DNA of 64,000 nucleotides from Eukaryota sp. TZLM1-RC (lineage: Eukaryota; Protista; Metamonada: BaSk clade). Shown one piece after another: positions 57,304-64,000 of this stretch. The position numbers and the translations under genes were made by a program. The stretch is from the NCBI GenBank assembly GCA_040285825.1, contig JAUPSS010000002.1, forward strand, positions 558,001 through 622,000. The letters run 5' to 3'. Each line of letters begins with the position of its first letter. Positions within the stretch are counted from its first letter, which is position 1. Below the pieces are notes generated by a model that had not been told where the DNA came from, ran no database searches, and saw only the letters and a program-made list of their open reading frames with translations.

Positions 57304-58917
57304 TTAATTTTTCCTTTTCCGAATCTTTTGAGAAACACTAAATACTAGCGACCTTGTCTCAGATGCTTCACTTTCACACATCATCCTTTCAAAAAGTTTC
57401 AAACACTTTCGAAGTTCCTTTAAAGCTTCCTCTGGGTCTGACCAGGAGGTAAGAACAGCAAGATTCCTTTTAGTAATTAAAGCAGATAGAGAGTCTTTGC
57501 CTAGAACTGTAACTCTTTTATTTTCAACAATTTCAAACAATTCTCGGGCATCATCAATGTTTCCCATCAATGCAAGACAACAAGCTTTGTTGCTCTCCAA
57601 TGCTAAAATGTCCAGTAGACTATTTTCATTCTTAAAAACAATGCATGCTTCATCATAAGCAGCCTGAGCCTCGGCAAAACTTCCTATGGATTGAAGAGTA
57701 GATCCAAGAAGTGACAAGATTCTACCTTTGGTTTTTGGCTTAATGAGTGGGGAGAAATTATTTATAGCTGAGTGACAACAATCAATCGCCCTATCAAAAT
57801 TTGATAGATTAAAATGAGAAATAGCTTGATTTTCCAGTAGAGCAATAAAAATACTCTGAGAACCAATTGAGTACTCCTCTGCTTTAAACGTGTATTCCAA
57901 TGCTTCGTTGAACTTAGCTTTGCTTATGAAGCAGCTAGAGATACCAACAAGAGCTTCTGCAAACAATGAATGATAATTATATGGAGAATCTCGTACAAAA
58001 TCTAAAACGTTATGAAAACTATGAAGGGCCGACTCCACCTTTGAGGGTGTTGTGGAAAGGTTGCACCATCCTATGAGTATCAAAGAATACAGATATTTCT
58101 CATTCCAATTGTCACCATTAGAATTGTTGATTATATCAGCAAAAACATCACGGGCTAAATAAGAAAATGTTAAAGCCTCTGCTGGATGACCAAGGTTCAG
58201 CAGGCACTCAGCTTTGACAAGATAAGCTACTGCAAGAAAAGGAGAAAGGGGGAGGTTAGACTCGAGTTCAGGAAGAACAATAGCTACTTGATCAAGAGCT
58301 TTGTCATACTTTTGGAGGGAGAGAAGACAGAAAGAGAGAGATAGGGTAGGACGAATGATTGATGTAGAAGACGTGTTGACAGAGAGCTGAGATCGTAGGT
58401 CTATAGATGCTTGGGAATGAGTGGCTGCCTTTTGAAGGGAGGGTTTCCGCAATGGGGGAAGAAGGTAGGTCTGGGTAATCTCATCGTGGAGGTCAGCGAG
58501 CATTGATATCTCTTCCTCAGATGGTGAAATTGATGATAAAGAGTCGGTAACACCAGCAATAGCTTGGTTGTAGTGAGTAATAGATGTAGCAACGTCCCCA
58601 AGAAAAGAGCATTGGAAAAAACCAAACAGTCTGTTGTAGGAAATCATGTATTGATGCTTGTGATTTAGTTTAGATCTAATGATTTTGTTAACCTGATCAA
58701 AGTGTTGCTGAATCTCTTCTTTAGACGAACGAGTTTGAATCAGTGAGGATATAATTAAAAGACGGAGATAAACTGTTCTGAGAGGTGGCAAACCCATTCT
58801 GGTAGCAAAAGAAAGTGCACGAGAGCCCTGTTCGAACGCAGAAAGAGGATCATCTGGGAGAAGGGACTTGGTATGTGATTCATAGGATAAAAACCTGTCA
58901 AAAGCACGTTGCGTCAT
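57304..58917 (-). CDS. TPR-repeat protein
   Basis: 537-aa helical ORF with TPR consensus segments (LG..L...G.F.EA...Y). Confidence 0.7.
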   Translation of the reverse strand: MTQRAFDRFLSYESHTKSLLPDDPLSAFEQGSRALSFATRMGLPPLRTVYLRLLIISSLIQTRSSKEEIQQHFDQVNKIIRSKLNHKHQYMISYNRLFGFFQCSFLGDVATSITHYNQAIAGVTDSLSSISPSEEEISMLADLHDEITQTYLLPPLRKPSLQKAATHSQASIDLRSQLSVNTSSTSIIRPTLSLSFCLLSLQKYDKALDQVAIVLPELESNLPLSPFLAVAYLVKAECLLNLGHPAEALTFSYLARDVFADIINNSNGDNWNEKYLYSLILIGWCNLSTTPSKVESALHSFHNVLDFVRDSPYNYHSLFAEALVGISSCFISKAKFNEALEYTFKAEEYSIGSQSIFIALLENQAISHFNLSNFDRAIDCCHSAINNFSPLIKPKTKGRILSLLGSTLQSIGSFAEAQAAYDEACIVFKNENSLLDILALESNKACCLALMGNIDDARELFEIVENKRVTVLGKDSLSALITKRNLAVLTSWSDPEEALKELRKCLKLFERMMCESEASETRSLVFSVSQKIRKRKN

Positions 58918-59326
58918 AAATATGACTACTCAGATGACAACTGAATAATTCTGAGCAGTGTTTGAAACCCAAGCGTTCAAATGCACCCGATGGTTTAAGT
59001 GAACTACTGTGAATGTCACATATCATACATTCCCCTGTGAAATTCACTCCTGTTTTCAACTTTCTCAATGTCTACTCACAGGCTGTAAGAGACATGTAGC
59101 AACATTTGACCAAGACAATCATGATCTTCATCAATGGGCTACCTCACTTAAATACACCTACTGCTTTCACAGAACAAAGCCTCGCGACTTGATGTATCTA
59201 AGTGGATCTTACAAATGCTACTTAGGCATTTGTAGATCGGTCTCAAAAGTTTTAGTTTCTGAAATAACTCAAAATAAAATATCAGTTTTTAAACAGGTTT
59301 TGTTTCTGTATGCACAGGATCCCCAT

Positions 59327-61252
59327 TCATCTCCTCCACAAAGCTTCTGGGCAAATGTATCTTTCCGGCCACAATTCCGCTTTCTTCTTAATTTGAATAT
59401 TTTTTGCAGCGGAAATATCTCTGTCATATACTATTTGACACTCAGTACAAATACGCATCTGCCATGATCCTGCTCGAATATTCTCGGCCATGCAACAACT
59501 GGACAGTTTGCTTGTATTAAATTCACTGGTTGACAAGTGCTTCACGTCCTTTTGATAACACAACCATTTTCTGAAAGCCCTAGCTGATCCATATCGATTG
59601 ACTTTTCGGCAATGAGAAGGGAAATTAGCAGAACCCACAGCAAGATAGAGTTTTTCAGGATGTCCAGCCAGCCTTTGAAATTTGTTGAGAGTCTCTCTGA
59701 ACCGTCTTTCTTTTCGTCTGCGGTTAGCAAATTTAATTATTTTCCATTTCTGACGATTACTTTCCAAATACACTTTCCTCCTGACCAAATTCCAATGGTT
59801 CAAATATTGGTTGAAATTTTGAACGGAATATTGGTTGGGAGAGTGTTTACTAGGTGAAGGTTTTGTAATGTAACTTCTGCCAGTTGGACAAGGGATAACT
59901 CCACATTGATAATCATTTAAGAAGTAACCACATAATCTAGATTGGCCCAGATCAACGCCAATAAGGGATCTTTCAGGTAAAATTTCGACTGGTTGTCTGC
60001 GTCTTCGACGGGACATTTTTTTAGTGCCCTTCAACTGTGTTTCTCTGGTTTTGTTGGCACTAGGGTCACTTTTCATTACTTTTTTGATCTTCTTTGCTTT
60101 TTCGGTGGTTCATCCAGCTCATCTGTGATTTCTGAGTCATTATTTTTACCTTCAAAGGTCATTAGTTTTCAATAAAATTTTTTTAAATCTATTTTTCAAA
60201 CTTTTTCTTTTGATATTAAATTTTTGGTAAGGACATTGTTTGGATATTCGTTTCAGACATGTATTTTTGATAAACTTTGTTTTGGAAGAAGATCCTTCAA
60301 TAAGTGGAAATGTTTTCACAGATTGGAAAACATGTGAAGGTAGCTCATGATATTTAGAACTATTATCAAAAGCTAAAGGTATTATTCTAAATTTCTTTCA
60401 GCAATGCATATGAGAAAAGAAAGTGAGTAAGTATTGTGAAATTTTAAGATTAAAGAGTAAAAGCTCACCAATTTCCTTTGATGAAAAGGTGATTTTATTA
60501 AGTGAAACAGTAGGGAAGCAGTGGTAAAAAATCTTTGAAAAAGATTCAAGATAAACTTACATGCATTTAATCAAAAGAATCTTTCTCTTGAATTATTCAG
60601 ATTGAAATTGATGTAGTGTTCAAGAACAGAATCAACAACTACTTCCTCGGGTTGGGCTAATGGTTCATCTGGCAAAAAAGAGAGAATATAATTGGCACAG
60701 ACATTTGTTTTGTCTAGAGCTCTACAATGAGCACGAATAAAGTTTTTTGTCCAGGATTGACAAATTTTAAACTTGTCTTCACGCCAATTGACGAGGCTGA
60801 CAAGCAAGGTAAGCAAAAAGCCCTTTTCTATTGAGAAAACTACAATTCTGAGACTGCAGCCAAGCATTGAGAAAAAGATTGAATGAATTTCTGTAAGCCA
60901 CTAAAGAATTTTCCCACAAAGAAACAAGAGACTTGTCTTGTGGGCATTCAGGAAGAAATCCATTGTAGAAGATATAGAGTAATTGGTGTTGGCCTTTAGA
61001 TGTGGAAGGCTTTGGAAAAGAACCAGTGGTGATGACAATCATAAAAAGATACCATACATCCTGTTCCACTAAAGCTCTAGATGCCAACGGAAAGTTTGAA
61101 AGAAAAGATTGAAGCAATAAAGAAGCTTCATGACAAATTTCGGTGACCAAAGGAAGGTCAGTCCGAATTTGTTGCACCGCTGCAGGGGTCAGCAGCGAGT
61201 TAAGTGCACAAGACCGAGTGAATACACGTGATACAGAGGGGGTGTCTGACAT
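59327..61252 (-). pseudogene. Full-length but frameshifted Fanzor (further family)
   Basis: ORF 59327-60076: LIGVDLG, AVGSANF, TSEFNTSKLSSCC, ICTEC.IVYDRDISAAKNI. Collinear N-terminal pieces at 60571-61252. Confidence 0.85.
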
Positions 61253-61959
61253 GTAATGAGAATAAAGAGCTCATCTATCAAAATTTACACTTGTCACCCC
61301 ATTTTCGACTTTTGGTTGCCTGTTCTGGGAGGTTTTTAACCCTTGAATTGGTTTCGAGAGGCTTTCACTATTCCTACACTTTCCCGTCACTTCATAAACT
61401 AGGTGCTTATTGCCCTCACTTACCTTCTTTTCCGAGCTTTAGGACTCCCCTGTAATCTTTCAACTTCTTTCTATTACTCCCTCAGTTCATGACCCCACTA
61501 CTGGCCCTCCACAAACTGCAACTTATGCTGCTCTACCACCGACGCCTCAACCGGTACAGTCCATGTACACACCTCCTGCTCCTCGCTCATCCCGTAATAA
61601 TACCAGGAAAACTTTCCTTGAAAGCTCTGATTGGAAGTTAAACAAAACTGTTAGTCATTCATCAAACAAAAACGCTTCTGTCCCAAGCGTTTTACTTGGT
61701 TTGAAGCTTTCTAATGTCATTTGAAGGAAAATGTTAACATTGAGCTAAACGAACGAGAGCTGGAAGCCCTTTTTGATACTGTTGAAGATATCTTTTCTCA
61801 TCTAGACAATGTGTAATAAAGTAAGTTATTTTGTAAATAAATAGTTGATGTTTTTGGTTGTTTATTTGAACATTATTGGCACGTTATTATGCTGAAAAGC
61901 TCCTGAACTGTGTGTTCTAGGTTTTCTGTGTTTTATGTCTACATCATTAAGTAAAAGTT

Positions 61960-63832
61960 ATGTATTTATTGAATTTGCACACTTAATTAAATTAACTCAT
62001 AACTAATGGGACGACTATCATTGAACCAAGATTTCCTCTACAAAATCTTGATCTGCTTGCTGTCTGGCTAAAGCTTCTCTTATTCGATTGAAAAACCGAG
62101 GTAATCTATTAATAATGGCAAATTGAATCCGTGAACGCCATAAAAAAATATCAAATCTTTTCATTGTTTTTTCTTGCACCATTTTTTGGAAGTCATCCAA
62201 AAAAGTTTCTGCTTCAACTGATAATCTTCCATTTATCGAAAAAGGGAAAGCAATAAAAACCAACTGTGTATTTCTATCGACATTAGCCTCTTCAATATCT
62301 TTATCATATTTTCTATGTTTCTCTTTTGCTTTAAAATCTAGAGCAGCCACAGGATTAAGTTTTCTTCTGTGAACCAAAGTATCATTTGCAACATTACATG
62401 AGACAAAATCTACAATAGCTTCAGAATTATCAATCCAATCACAGTATACATCATCTCTATCATCAGAACCAAAATTATTCAGAGAAAGTGTTTCCTTCAG
62501 CAGGGGCTCTTTGATACACGATATCCTTGCAGTTTGTGCCATATTGAAAACAGTGTCTCTAACAGCATCATGTAATGAAGAACGATAAGTTATCAATTTA
62601 GAGCAATTCAGAGCATGGCGCAAAGTGAGTTGAGGTGAATTCGAACAAATACATTTTTCTTTTGATAATAATTGATTAATGGGGATGTTCAAATATAATC
62701 TCATTTTTGTTACAAATGCTTCATTAGTGGCACACAATCCAAATCTTCGTGGTACAATGGTTACAAAAAGTGAAGAATCTGACGACTTGTTTTCACAAAC
62801 ACCCTTTTCCAATAACAATGAGTGAAGATCTTGATTTAGAACAGCCGAGCTGCATATATTATTATAAAGATCTTTTTCATACATTCCAGTCAATCGTTTC
62901 TGTAATGTTCGAAGAGTGTACTTCAAATTTAAAACATTTTTTTCTGGAATATTGCCATTGAATGATTGGGGAAAACATCGACCCCATTTTTTTACAGCAA
63001 TTTTTGAAATTTCTTCATTTAATGCAAAAACAGTGGAACTTTGCGTTGTCATCAATAAATCTTCCCAATCTGCAAATCTTTCGGAAAACTCAAAGATTGC
63101 ATTTCTGCATCCACCAACAAAAGCACACGAGGTAAGAATAGAAGCCTTCGTCCACCCTAAACCGCCATAATGTGGACTAAGGTAAGCATGATCTGGAATT
63201 TGAAACATTTTACATCCCAGTAATGGAGACAGAACTTTTGCACGTAACTCATTAAACTTCTGAGCCAAAGGTCTAGTGACGAGAGGATTTGTAGATCGAA
63301 ATATATGATTAAAATTGGAACTAAAACACAGTCTTATAATGGTAAATTTGATGTGTTTTTTTATATCCAAATTCATCATTCTGTCAATTTTGTCAGAAAT
63401 TGAGTTTCAACTTTTCAAACAATTTTTTGGTAATTTCATCATTATTTCCTAAAAACGAACCCAAATGACGAATAGCATCAATTGAATATAATTTGGCTAG
63501 AATTTCAATACCATCAACTATTGTGGAAACTGGGAAATTCGATAACAAAACACATTTAAGTAAATTAAGTCGGAGACCAATTTTGGTAAATAATTCTTTA
63601 AAACATACAGTTGCTTGTTTCACAATATTTAAATCACCAATAAGCACAACATCATCCATATATGCAATCATTTTTAGTGAAGGAAACATCTCTTGAATTT
63701 GCAGTAAAATAGGATGAATGGCCAAACACAACAAAAGAGGTCCTAACGGATCTCCTTGCTTTACACCACTTGATGAACTCAAAATGTTATTACCAAAATG
63801 TAAATTAGAATATGTGCTATATGATGATTGAA
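61960..63832 (-). mobile_element. 5'-truncated family A RT-RLE retrotransposon, best-preserved copy
   Basis: GVKQGDPLGPLL and AYMDD; one frameshift near 63410; intact RLE C-terminus; 11-bp TSD AAGTAAAAGTT at 61949-61959 and 63833-63843. Confidence 0.92.
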
Positions 63833-64000
63833 AAGTAAAAGTTGAAAACTAAGGCCCATTGATGTCGTAGGGAGAAACCAGACGTTGTTGGAAGATTTGG
63901 TTGGTAAAAAAAATAAACCAAAATGCAACCAAAGGAAAACCACAGTAAATTTTATTGAACAATTTTAGTGAACAACAGTTTTTTTGGACAATAGCTGGAA

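Overview
Compact, AT-rich, intron-poor eukaryotic DNA. Flagellar genes (IFT139/TTC21B, CFAP119-like) together with a bacterial-type AdhE suggest an anaerobic flagellated protist, possibly a metamonad (inference). About 17 host genes alternate with decayed mobile DNA: about 11 Fanzor (eukaryotic TnpB-like RuvC) copies or remnants from several families, at least four families of RT plus restriction-like endonuclease (RLE) non-LTR retrotransposons, and one hAT-type MITE. Main result: two divergent Fanzor copies (36537-39829 minus, about 17230-21990 plus) carry an N-terminal PolB-type DEDDy 3'-5' exonuclease domain fused to the Fanzor. In the more complete copy this fusion is preceded by a viral-type 2A/StopGo motif (DLTMDGDVEANPG|P) followed directly by an NLS-like PKKRR. 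Six Fanzor 3' ends lie 64-140 nt upstream of a host start codon on the same strand. Two 31-nt GT-AG introns missed by the ORF track complete AdhE and a USP7-like gene. All family calls come from motif recognition by eye; no database searches were run.
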